From contig CABVEG010000001.1 of the NCBI GenBank assembly GCA_902497185.1, positions 1-33,214 of the forward strand: a stretch of 33,214 bases of DNA, written 5' to 3'. Under the pieces are notes generated by a model. That model was not told the origin of the DNA. It ran no database searches and saw only the letters and a list, made by a program, of their open reading frames with translations. Each line of letters starts with the position of its first letter. The first letter of the stretch is position 1. The translations under genes and the position numbers were made by a program. Positions 8,604 through 16,900 of this stretch are shown here, piece by piece. Origin of the DNA: an uncultured Eubacteriales bacterium (lineage in GTDB: Bacteria > Bacillota > Clostridia > Lachnospirales > CAG-274).

Positions 8604-9110
8604 AGCCTATCTTTGTAGTTACAACGGACGACCACTGGTCGCCCCTACATTTAAGTCAATGAAGCTTGTAGGGGCGTGCATTGCACGTCCGCTGTACTTA
8701 GCTTTAAAGACAAATTGTAATTTAAGTGAGTAAATATAGCTGTGCTAAACAAACGTGAGAACCTTGCCATTATTGAATCGGAAGAATTATCCGACAAGGC
8801 ATAGCCTTGCTTTTGCGTAGCAAAAGTTCTGAATAGGCAAGAACCTTCAGCATTTTCAGCTATGCTGAAAACCAGCCTTCGGCTGTCCGATAAATCTTTC
8901 GGTGCAAACACGCAAATTCAAAAGCTTACCAATTTTGCTTGGTGCAAAAACGAGCCTTTATTAAAGAAAAAAGTAGGCTCACGTTTTTGCACAGCATCGC
9001 AGTCGTTGTCTGTTTATTATAAAATAATAAACAGACAAACTTTGTGCGACCGCAAAATGCTTTTGAATTCTTATCTGCTTTTGACAAGTCAAAAGCAGAT
9101 AAACAATAAT
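8604..9110 (-). other. hairpin-dense non-coding region: candidate large structured ncRNA or nested palindromic-repeat cluster
   Basis: About 500 nt with no credible ORF and locally GC-richer than its surroundings. At least 10 stems, organised as a nested hairpin (8620-8696), a four-way junction (8763-8841) and a three-way junction (8915-9069). The strand call is weak: one A/C mismatch becomes a G-U pair on the minus strand. Confidence 0.45.
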
Positions 9111-9728
9111 TTAACCACCCAAGGTCACATCCTGATTTTGATACCAACTTATAGCATTTTCAATATGTTCTCTCTTAAAATCAGGCCACAAATCCTCCAC
9201 TATATAAAAATCTGCATATACAGACTGCACAGGCAGAAATCCTGACAATCTTCTCATACCACCCCACCTTATAATAAGGTCAATTCTTGAAATATCAGCA
9301 GTATTATAATAATTAACACTTTTATTGGCTTTTAAATCCCATTCCCAACTATAATTAATAAGGAAATTAACTTTAATTCCACCACTTCCAAATCGCTTTC
9401 TTTTGGTTAAATCCCCAAGCTCAATAGGAAACATTTCAGATTCCGTATTTCCTGCAACCAAAATTTCACAATTTTCATTTTTTATCATATTAACCATTTC
9501 GACACAGCATTTTGTAAAGGCTATTCTCTGTCTTGTGGGTCTTTTTGTATTATCAACTGTAAAGCCGTAAATACTAAGCTCCTTTACTCCCAACTGCTGA
9601 CACTGTCTGAAAGCCTCAAGTCCCGGCAGTAATCCGTTTTCATATCCCTTTTCCTTGCCCATAGACTGCCCCTGTGCCCAACGCCTGTTGCCGTCAGGTA
9701 TAATTCCAATATGATTTGGTACTCTCAT
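9111..9728 (-). CDS. divergent short cis-prenyltransferase (UppS-family paralogue)
   Basis: IGIIPDGNRRWA substrate-binding motif, and IRWGGMRRLSGFLPVQSVYADFYIVEDLWPDF matching the UppS C-terminal IRTSGExRLSNFLLWQ...WPDF region. ATG at 9728 has a GAGGTG RBS 6 nt upstream; the ORF track extends to GTG at 9737. Confidence 0.8.
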   Translation of the reverse strand: MRVPNHIGIIPDGNRRWAQGQSMGKEKGYENGLLPGLEAFRQCQQLGVKELSIYGFTVDNTKRPTRQRIAFTKCCVEMVNMIKNENCEILVAGNTESEMFPIELGDLTKRKRFGSGGIKVNFLINYSWEWDLKANKSVNYYNTADISRIDLIIRWGGMRRLSGFLPVQSVYADFYIVEDLWPDFKREHIENAISWYQNQDVTLGG

Positions 9729-9822
9729 TTTTATCACCTCTCATAAATTGTAGCCAATTTATGAGTGTATATACTATTGTGTAAAAATAAATTTTGTGAT
9801 ACTATAAATATGAGGTGAAATT

Positions 9823-10110
9823 ATGGAAAATACAAATGAAATTAAAATAACCGAATATGACTCAAATGGTAATAAAGTTGAATATGATGTTATAATGATA
9901 TATGACAGTGATGTTACGGATAAAAGATATGTTTTCTATACTGACGGCAAAAAAAACAGCAGCGGCAGAATAGGTGTAAGAGTAGGCTTTGTTGAAGGCA
10001 AAGACGGCAATGTCACAATAACATCTATAACAAATCCTATTGAACAGGAAATGCTTGCACAGGTATACTCTGAACATATTCGTGATAATAAAGTAAGAAC
10101 AGTGGAATAG
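9823..10110 (+). CDS. small DUF1292-like protein
   Basis: 95 aa. The pattern (D..GN.VEY.V....D......YVFYTD ... acidic C-terminal half) resembles DUF1292. GAGGTG RBS upstream. Confidence 0.55.
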   Translation: MENTNEIKITEYDSNGNKVEYDVIMIYDSDVTDKRYVFYTDGKKNSSGRIGVRVGFVEGKDGNVTITSITNPIEQEMLAQVYSEHIRDNKVRTVE

Positions 10111-10122
10111 TAGGTGATAAAT

Positions 10123-11028
10123 ATGAAGAAACTGCTTTTGCTTGCAAATTTTCATTCAGGCAAAGGAATAATTAAATTGAATATTGCAGATATGATTGAC
10201 TACTACAACAGCAATGGATTTGAGGTAACTGTGTATTCCTCCCAATATGTAGGACACATTAAAGACATAGTTGAAAAATATGGTAGTTTTTATGACAATA
10301 TTGTATGTTGCGGAGGTGATGGCACTCTTAACGAGGCTGTAAACGGACTTATGTCACTTAATAAAAGACCACTCCTTGGATATATCCCAAGCGGCTCAAC
10401 AAATGACTTTGCCAATAGCATAGGTATATCCACAATAATAGAAGAAAGCTATAAAACGGCTATTAACGGTCATCACTTTTCTATTGACATAGGTAAAATC
10501 AATGATAAATACTTTTCATATGTTGCAGGTTTTGGACTTTTTACCAATATATCCTATGAAACGCCACAGACAATAAAAAATATTTTAGGTTATCAGGCAT
10601 ATCTGCTTACAGCACTTAAAGAAATAACAAATATAAAAACATATCCAATGAAAGTCACATATGATAACGGTATTATAGAGGATGATATAATGATTGGGCT
10701 TGTGTCAAATTCCAACAGCATTGCCGGTATGAAAAAGCTGTTTGAAAATTATGCCGATTTAAGCGACGGGCTTTTTGAAGTCCTCCTTGTAAAAAAACCT
10801 AAAAATACCAGTCTTTTAAAAAACATTGTTAGCTGTGTTGTTGAAAAAAATTTCGACAACGATATGTTTTACAGCTTTAAAACAAGCAAAATTAAATTTG
10901 AAAGTACTGAATTTATAAAATGGACAGTTGATGGCGAATATGGCGGTGATTTCAACTCAACGGAGATCAATGTTATAAATAACTCTATTGATATTCTCAT
11001 TGAAAAAAATATTATAAAAAAAGAATAG
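10123..11028 (+). CDS. diacylglycerol/lipid kinase family protein (YegS/BmrU/DagK-like)
   Basis: GGDGTLNE nucleotide-binding motif, GYIPSGSTNDFA, typical length. ATG at 10123 has an AGGTG RBS 6 nt upstream; the ORF track starts at GTG 10114. Confidence 0.85.
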   Translation: MKKLLLLANFHSGKGIIKLNIADMIDYYNSNGFEVTVYSSQYVGHIKDIVEKYGSFYDNIVCCGGDGTLNEAVNGLMSLNKRPLLGYIPSGSTNDFANSIGISTIIEESYKTAINGHHFSIDIGKINDKYFSYVAGFGLFTNISYETPQTIKNILGYQAYLLTALKEITNIKTYPMKVTYDNGIIEDDIMIGLVSNSNSIAGMKKLFENYADLSDGLFEVLLVKKPKNTSLLKNIVSCVVEKNFDNDMFYSFKTSKIKFESTEFIKWTVDGEYGGDFNSTEINVINNSIDILIEKNIIKKE

Positions 11029-11048
11029 TCAAAGCTATTCTTTTTTTA
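11016..11048. terminator. bidirectional rho-independent terminator
   Basis: Stem AAGAATAG (11021-11028) / CTATTCTT (11035-11042), with an A-run before and a T-run after. Lies between convergent genes. Confidence 0.6.
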
Positions 11049-11053
11049 TATCA

Positions 11054-11992
11054 TTATTCAAATTTTTCAGCAAGAGATGACTTGATTTCAACAGCTATAT
11101 CGTGAATTTCATTTTTACAATTTTCAAGTTCTTTATCTGTTGAGTTGCTTTCACCATTCTTTTCAATATTTTCCTTTAATTCAGCAAGTTTAGTACCTGC
11201 CTCAATTATTGTCATATATTGCTCCTCACTTATTACACCTTTATCCACATTCTGTGACGCTTCATTCTGCAACAAAGTAAAGTTGTCTATTAAGGTTTGA
11301 ATATTATTATTATCCTCTGAATCAGAAGAATTTTCAGCATCAGAAGCTTCTGTTTCTTCTTCAGTTTTACCTATTGAACTTCCTGCTGTTGCGAATTTAT
11401 CTACTACAGCATTAGGTGCTGCACATTGTGATGACATAACGGCAAGCCTTTCTTTTAAACTGTCAAGCTCTGCCTTGTCATACTCATCAGGGAACAAATC
11501 TTCTTTCATCTGTTCAAGTCTTTCCCTTATACCATTGAACTCATCCATAGTTTTCTGATCAATATAACCCTTAGAAAGACCTTCCTCCATATACTCTGCC
11601 AAAAATCCGGAATCTGTAGCAAGCTCAAAGTTGTAGTTTCTTACTTCATCAAAACTTTCATATATTGAATCTATCTCTAACTGAAGCTCATTAACAGTTT
11701 CATTACATTCCTTTAAAGCCTTTAATATTTTTTTATCACTTTTACCGGTTGTTTCTGCAAAAAGGTCTTTGTTTTCAATGAACTTCATTTCCAAAGTCTG
11801 AACCTGATTATATAAATCCATTTCTATAACACCTTTTTTCTGCATAGTATCGGCATCATTCTTAATGGTTTCAATTTTCTGCTCCAACTCACTAATCAGT
11901 GACTGTATTTCCTCTGCATTTTTTCTGCTGCAGCCTGTAAAAGCTGCAAGTATAACAGACAATACAATTAAAATACTAAATATTTTTTTCAT
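11054..11992 (-). CDS. acidic coiled-coil lipoprotein, function unknown
   Basis: Lipobox LAAFTGCS after a signal peptide. The rest is Glu/Asp/Lys-rich and helical. Start ATG 11992 (RBS AGGGG); the alternative GTG 12001 lies 2 nt after the pyrD stop. Confidence 0.65.
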   Translation of the reverse strand: MKKIFSILIVLSVILAAFTGCSRKNAEEIQSLISELEQKIETIKNDADTMQKKGVIEMDLYNQVQTLEMKFIENKDLFAETTGKSDKKILKALKECNETVNELQLEIDSIYESFDEVRNYNFELATDSGFLAEYMEEGLSKGYIDQKTMDEFNGIRERLEQMKEDLFPDEYDKAELDSLKERLAVMSSQCAAPNAVVDKFATAGSSIGKTEEETEASDAENSSDSEDNNNIQTLIDNFTLLQNEASQNVDKGVISEEQYMTIIEAGTKLAELKENIEKNGESNSTDKELENCKNEIHDIAVEIKSSLAEKFE

Positions 11993-12003
11993 TTTATACA
12001 CCC

Positions 12004-12906
12004 CTATTCAATTATGCCCCTGATTTCACTTAAATCCTTGACATTATATTTTCTCATATACTCCTCAATACCCTCAACAGTTTCAACTGTAGCTCTCGGA
12101 TTAATAAAATTAGCTGTACCAATGGACACACCTGTTGCACCTGCCATAATAAATTCAATAGCATCTTCTGCATTTGATATGCCGCCCATACCTATAACGG
12201 GCACATCCACAGCTTTGCAAACCTGATATACCATTCTTACGGCAACAGGCTTAACGGCAGGACCACTCATACCACCTATTTTTCTAAATAATATGGGTTG
12301 TCTTTTGTAAATATCAATTTTCATACCCGTAAGTGTATTAATAAGGCTTAAAGCATCAGCACCACCACTTACAGCCGCTTTTGCTATTTCAGTAATGTCA
12401 GTTACATTAGGACTAAGTTTAACAATTAAGGGCTGGTCTGCAACTTTTTTAACTTCTTTGACAACCTTTTCTACCATAATCGGATCTGTACCAAATGCCA
12501 TACCTCCTTCACTTACATTAGGACAGGAAATATTAAGCTCCAACAAGTCTACATCCTGCCCCTGAAGCCTTTTAACAACATTTGTATATTCCTCAATAGA
12601 ATGTCCGCATACATTTACAATAATCTTTGTATCAAACTGTCTTAAAAAGGGGATGTCATTTTCAATAAAATAATCTACACCGGGATTTTGTAATCCTACT
12701 GAGTTAAGCATACCTCCGTAAACTTCTGCTATTCTCGGTGCAGGATTACCATTCCATGGCTTGTCTGCAACACCCTTAACAACAACTGCACCCAGTTTAT
12801 TTAAGTCGACAAATTCAGAAAACTCTCTGCCGCTGCCAAAAGTACCTGATGCAGTCATAACAGGATTTTTAAGTTCAACACCACATATATTGACTTTAGT
12901 ATTCAT
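12004..12906 (-). CDS. pyrD: dihydroorotate dehydrogenase B, catalytic subunit
   Basis: Class 1B PyrD motifs (NPVMTASGTFG, NISCPNV, GGISNAEDAIEFIMAGA). ATG at 12906 overlaps the pyrK TAA stop (TAATG). Confidence 0.9.
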   Translation of the reverse strand: MNTKVNICGVELKNPVMTASGTFGSGREFSEFVDLNKLGAVVVKGVADKPWNGNPAPRIAEVYGGMLNSVGLQNPGVDYFIENDIPFLRQFDTKIIVNVCGHSIEEYTNVVKRLQGQDVDLLELNISCPNVSEGGMAFGTDPIMVEKVVKEVKKVADQPLIVKLSPNVTDITEIAKAAVSGGADALSLINTLTGMKIDIYKRQPILFRKIGGMSGPAVKPVAVRMVYQVCKAVDVPVIGMGGISNAEDAIEFIMAGATGVSIGTANFINPRATVETVEGIEEYMRKYNVKDLSEIRGIIE

Positions 12907-13661
12907 TACCAGCACACCTCCCTACTGTCAAAAACAGGACCATCCTTGCAAACCTTCTTATAAGTCCAACTATCTCCGTCCTTAATCTGTAGAACACAGC
13001 CTACACAAGCACCGATACCGCAAGCCATTCTCTCCTCCATTGATACCTGACAGGAAATATTGTTTTCTTCAGCATACATAGAAAGGAATTTAAGCATAAT
13101 CTTAGGACCACAGGAGTAAATAATATCTCCCACAATTTTCTCTGTTCTTAATAAATCAACTACATTTCCCTTAAATCCAACTGAACCGTCATCAGTTGCA
13201 ACATACACCTTAGCCCCAAGCTTTTCAAAATCCTCCACAAGGAAAGAGCCGCTTCTAAAGCCTAAAACAACAATTTTTTCACCCTTTAACTGTTTGCAGG
13301 TTTCAAGGAGAGGAGGTACTCCAATACCGCCACCTACTAAAACAGATTTGCCCTCACTTAAATTATATCCATTACCACAAGGACCTAAAAGTCTGATTTC
13401 GTCGCCTTGCTTTAATTCTGAAAAAAGCTTTGTACCCTTACCTACAATCTGAAAAACAAGTCTTAAGCTACCCTCTTCTTTATTTATCTCACATATACTT
13501 ATAGGTCTTGACAAAAGATTTATACCATTGTCAGGATATACCTCAACAAACTGTCCTGCCTTTGCCTCCTTTACAATTTCAGGACAACTTAACTTCAAAT
13601 CACAAATTAAATCAGTTATAAAATTAATTGATATAACCTTTGCTATTTCTATTGATTTCAT
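12906..13661 (-). CDS. pyrK: dihydroorotate dehydrogenase B, electron-transfer subunit
   Basis: 251 aa. FAD/NAD-binding ferredoxin-reductase fold (RPISI, GGGIGVPP) and a C-terminal 2Fe-2S Cys cluster (CGIGACVGC...C). Confidence 0.9.
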   Translation of the reverse strand: MKSIEIAKVISINFITDLICDLKLSCPEIVKEAKAGQFVEVYPDNGINLLSRPISICEINKEEGSLRLVFQIVGKGTKLFSELKQGDEIRLLGPCGNGYNLSEGKSVLVGGGIGVPPLLETCKQLKGEKIVVLGFRSGSFLVEDFEKLGAKVYVATDDGSVGFKGNVVDLLRTEKIVGDIIYSCGPKIMLKFLSMYAEENNISCQVSMEERMACGIGACVGCVLQIKDGDSWTYKKVCKDGPVFDSREVCW

Positions 13662-13811
13662 AGTAATTTCTCCTTATGTTAAACTTATATGTTAATTTTA
13701 CAACATATTAAATGGTTTTACAAGGGGGTAATTAACTTAATGTTTTAAGCTGCCTATATTTAAGCCTATACTACTTATTCTTTAATTCTGCTTACAATGT
13801 TAAGAATTGAC

Positions 13812-13846
13812 AAAACCCCATTTCAATTTTTATGAAGTGGGGTTTA
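13812..13846 (-). terminator. rho-independent terminator of the beta-helix gene
   Basis: AAACCCCA (13813-13820) pairs with TGGGGTTT (13838-13845); on the minus strand a T-run follows. Confidence 0.55.
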
Positions 13847-13902
13847 AAATTAATATTTTTTATTGTCTAACAGTTTCAGCTAATATGAAAGCCTTAAATA
13901 TT

Positions 13903-16900
13903 TTACTCAAATTTCATATAATAAAGAAAAACATTTGTAGAATCCTTTGAAACTGTTACATTTCCTGCCGGAACATTCACACTGAGCACACCATTTGATA
14001 TAGTATAAGATGTATCATTTATATTGATTTTAGTTCCTGAGCCTGAAGTAACTAAAGTCAGCTTACCATCATTTGGAGCAGTAAAGTTTATATTAGTTTT
14101 ACTTTCCATCTTAATTGCCTTTGTAAGAGTAAGACCATCATAGCTGACAATATCTGCTCCCGATTTTTCACTTGCAGATACACTAAAGAAATTATCAGTG
14201 TTTTCACCTGTTGTATGATTCCAAACTTTAGCTGTTTCCTTATAATTTAATACAGCAACAGCATCTAAAATATTATCTTCACCGTCCTTATTAAAATCCA
14301 CAGCATTTAAATCATACAAAGAAAGATCTTTTGCAGCAGATGTTATAATTCGTAAAATTGCAGCACTGTCTTTAGCATCAACATTACCGTCTTTATTTAC
14401 ATCTCCTGTTTTTGTAACATAAGCAGTTGTAGTTTCAGTAGTTTGCTCAGTTGTTGTTACAGTAGTTGACACTGTAGGCATTGAACCGTCCTGATATTCA
14501 AAAGCTCCTGCATCTATAGTATTTATTACTCTGTAATTATTGGCAAGGTCAACATAATTGCCCATATATGGAATTACATCAGAGCTTCCAATATCTATAC
14601 CATAAGAATCTGACTGCAAGCTGTAATCAGCATTAAATACAGGTTTTCCAAAGGTATCATTTCCACCGGTCTGAGAATTAAATCCGGCTATACCCTCTGC
14701 ACTTCCTCCTGCAAATTCAAAATAAATCTCCTCTTCTCCCAAAGGATTATAAAATACATTATTACTAAATTTAACATTCTGAACATAATCAGCAGGCAAA
14801 TCTCCTCCTATCATAGGATATTCAGTGCTTTCCTTATATACAATATTGTTTTTAACGTCAATACCGTCACACTTTACAAAGCAAAGCTCGCCATTCCAGC
14901 CGCCCTCACCTTGACCGTTATTTACAATAGTATTGTTATATATTTTAGTATCCTTAACATATCCCGTTGCCTTTTTGTCATAACCACCAACTCGTATTCC
15001 TCCTGCACTGTTATTATAAACAAGGTTATTTCTTGCAATAATATTTTTAACAGGATAATCAGCCTGCAGCTCCTCAGAACCAATTTCTATACCATACATA
15101 CTGTCATAAATAATATTGTTTTCAAGCACAATATCTCTTGCGCCGTCTACGTAAAGTCCTGCACATTCAGCATAACTGCATACAGACTTATAAATTTCAT
15201 TACCTGCCGCAACGCAGTATCTTGGTTGATCAAGGGCAGGCACAGAGCAGTATCCTGCATTACCGTAAAAATCTATACCTATGTTTGTATTTTCATAAAC
15301 AGTATTATTTATAATATTTACATACTTAGCATTACCTGTTACGGATACTGATTCACACCAGCCAGTAGTATTGTTATGAACGCTGTTATTTTCTATACAA
15401 ATATTGTTAATTGAATCCTCCTCTGTTTTTCCCTCACCATAACAGAGAATTGCATTAGCTTCACCATTTTCATTTTCTCCAGGCTTTGTGGTTAGAAGAT
15501 TATGAATATCGTTATTTCTTATTATAATGTGATTTTCATTACCATCTAAAAGTATACCTTGAGCAATAACAGAGGACAATCCTCCAATTTCAAGACCTTC
15601 TATTTTAATATAATCATTGCCATCAAGATGTAATATTGCGCCATCATTACCTGATGTCATAGTAAGATAAGGTTTTTCTCCCGGATAATTTCTCAATGTT
15701 ATGTAATTACCTTCAGTACCTGATGACTTGAATGTATTAAGAGCAGTATACATACCTTCTCTCAAATAAATTGTCTGACCCGCCTTAACAATGTCAAGTG
15801 CCCTCTGTACAGTTTTAAGCGGAGCATCAACAGTTCCTGCATTATTATCACTGCCATTTGGCGAAACAAAAAGAGCATTATCGGAAATAACCTTTGTACT
15901 GCCCTTTAATATTTCATTAATAAAGGATTCATCTCCATAAAGAGTCATTTTGTCCTTATGCATTGGAACACCATGCTGAACTATATTTTCCACTATATAA
16001 TATTCAAAACATCCTGCATCTAAAGTACCGTTTATTCTAGGCATTTCAGCAGCATCATAAGAGCCTAAATCAGCAGCAACACTTTGGTCTGCAAAACTTA
16101 TTGCAGGTGATTCTGATGAAAGCATACCTCCATTAGCAAAAAGAGGATCTACAAATTTACCTGTTTTATCTATCCAATTTTCAACACCAAATATTTTGGT
16201 ATCTTCATTTCTGAAACAGAAGGCATTTACACCATCTGGAGAATAATAAATATTGTTTGCAAAATTAAGATTTGTAATATACTCAGAGCTAAAACTTAAT
16301 TTAATTGCATTTTTATATGATGAATCGGTGCTTTCAGACAGCTTGGAATAAATAATATTATTTCTGTAATCTAAATTATCAGATTTATTAACAATAATAT
16401 CACTTTCACCATTATTTACAATGGTATTATTATAAATCTTTACATCATAAACATAGCCTACTGATGAACTAGTAATACTGTAGCCTCCTACTGCAATGCC
16501 AACCTCATTGTTGTTATGTACATAGTTATTTATAATTTTAATATTTCTTACATCCTGCTTGCCTTGTTTTCCGCCCTCCTCAGAGCCTATTTCAATACCG
16601 CCTGATGAGCCATAAACCTCATTTCTGTCAAATATATTGTCACGTCCGCCATCATTATACAATCCATAGCTTCTTGCGTTTGGACTTATACAATTAGACA
16701 CAACATTGCCTCTTGCAACACAGTATCTTGCCTGATCAAGTGATACATTCTTGCAGGCACCAAAATTACCTGCAAAGTCAAGACCTATATTGCCTATATC
16801 AGCAATACGGCAGTTAATAACACTTACATATTCTGAATTTCCATTTACGGTGAGAGCCTCACTCCAACCTGTCTGCATATCGTGAATATTACAGTTTTCA

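Noticed and set aside
8604-9110. Possibility that the structured region is a known housekeeping RNA (tmRNA, RNase P RNA, 6S, SRP RNA) or a T-box/riboswitch leader
   Set aside because: None of the signature sequences I can recall is present: RNase P GAGGAAAGTCC, the tmRNA tRNA-like ends and tag ORF, the T-box GGGTGGTACCGCG. There is also no downstream gene positioned for a leader. OLE/ROOL/GOLLD membership could not be confirmed or excluded without a covariance-model search.
8651-9245. Three ORFs in the track (8651-8911 minus, 8862-9245 plus, 8926-9147 minus) inside the hairpin-dense region
   Set aside because: They overlap each other on both strands and are built from palindromic sequence, which reads open in both directions. 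They lack convincing RBSs and have odd composition. One runs antisense into the uppS-like gene. Treated as non-coding.
13662-13902. PyrR-type attenuator upstream of pyrK
   Set aside because: No PyrR binding-loop motif (UCCAGAGAGG-like) or terminator/antiterminator pair was seen on the minus strand. The only clear hairpin there is the terminator of the upstream beta-helix gene.
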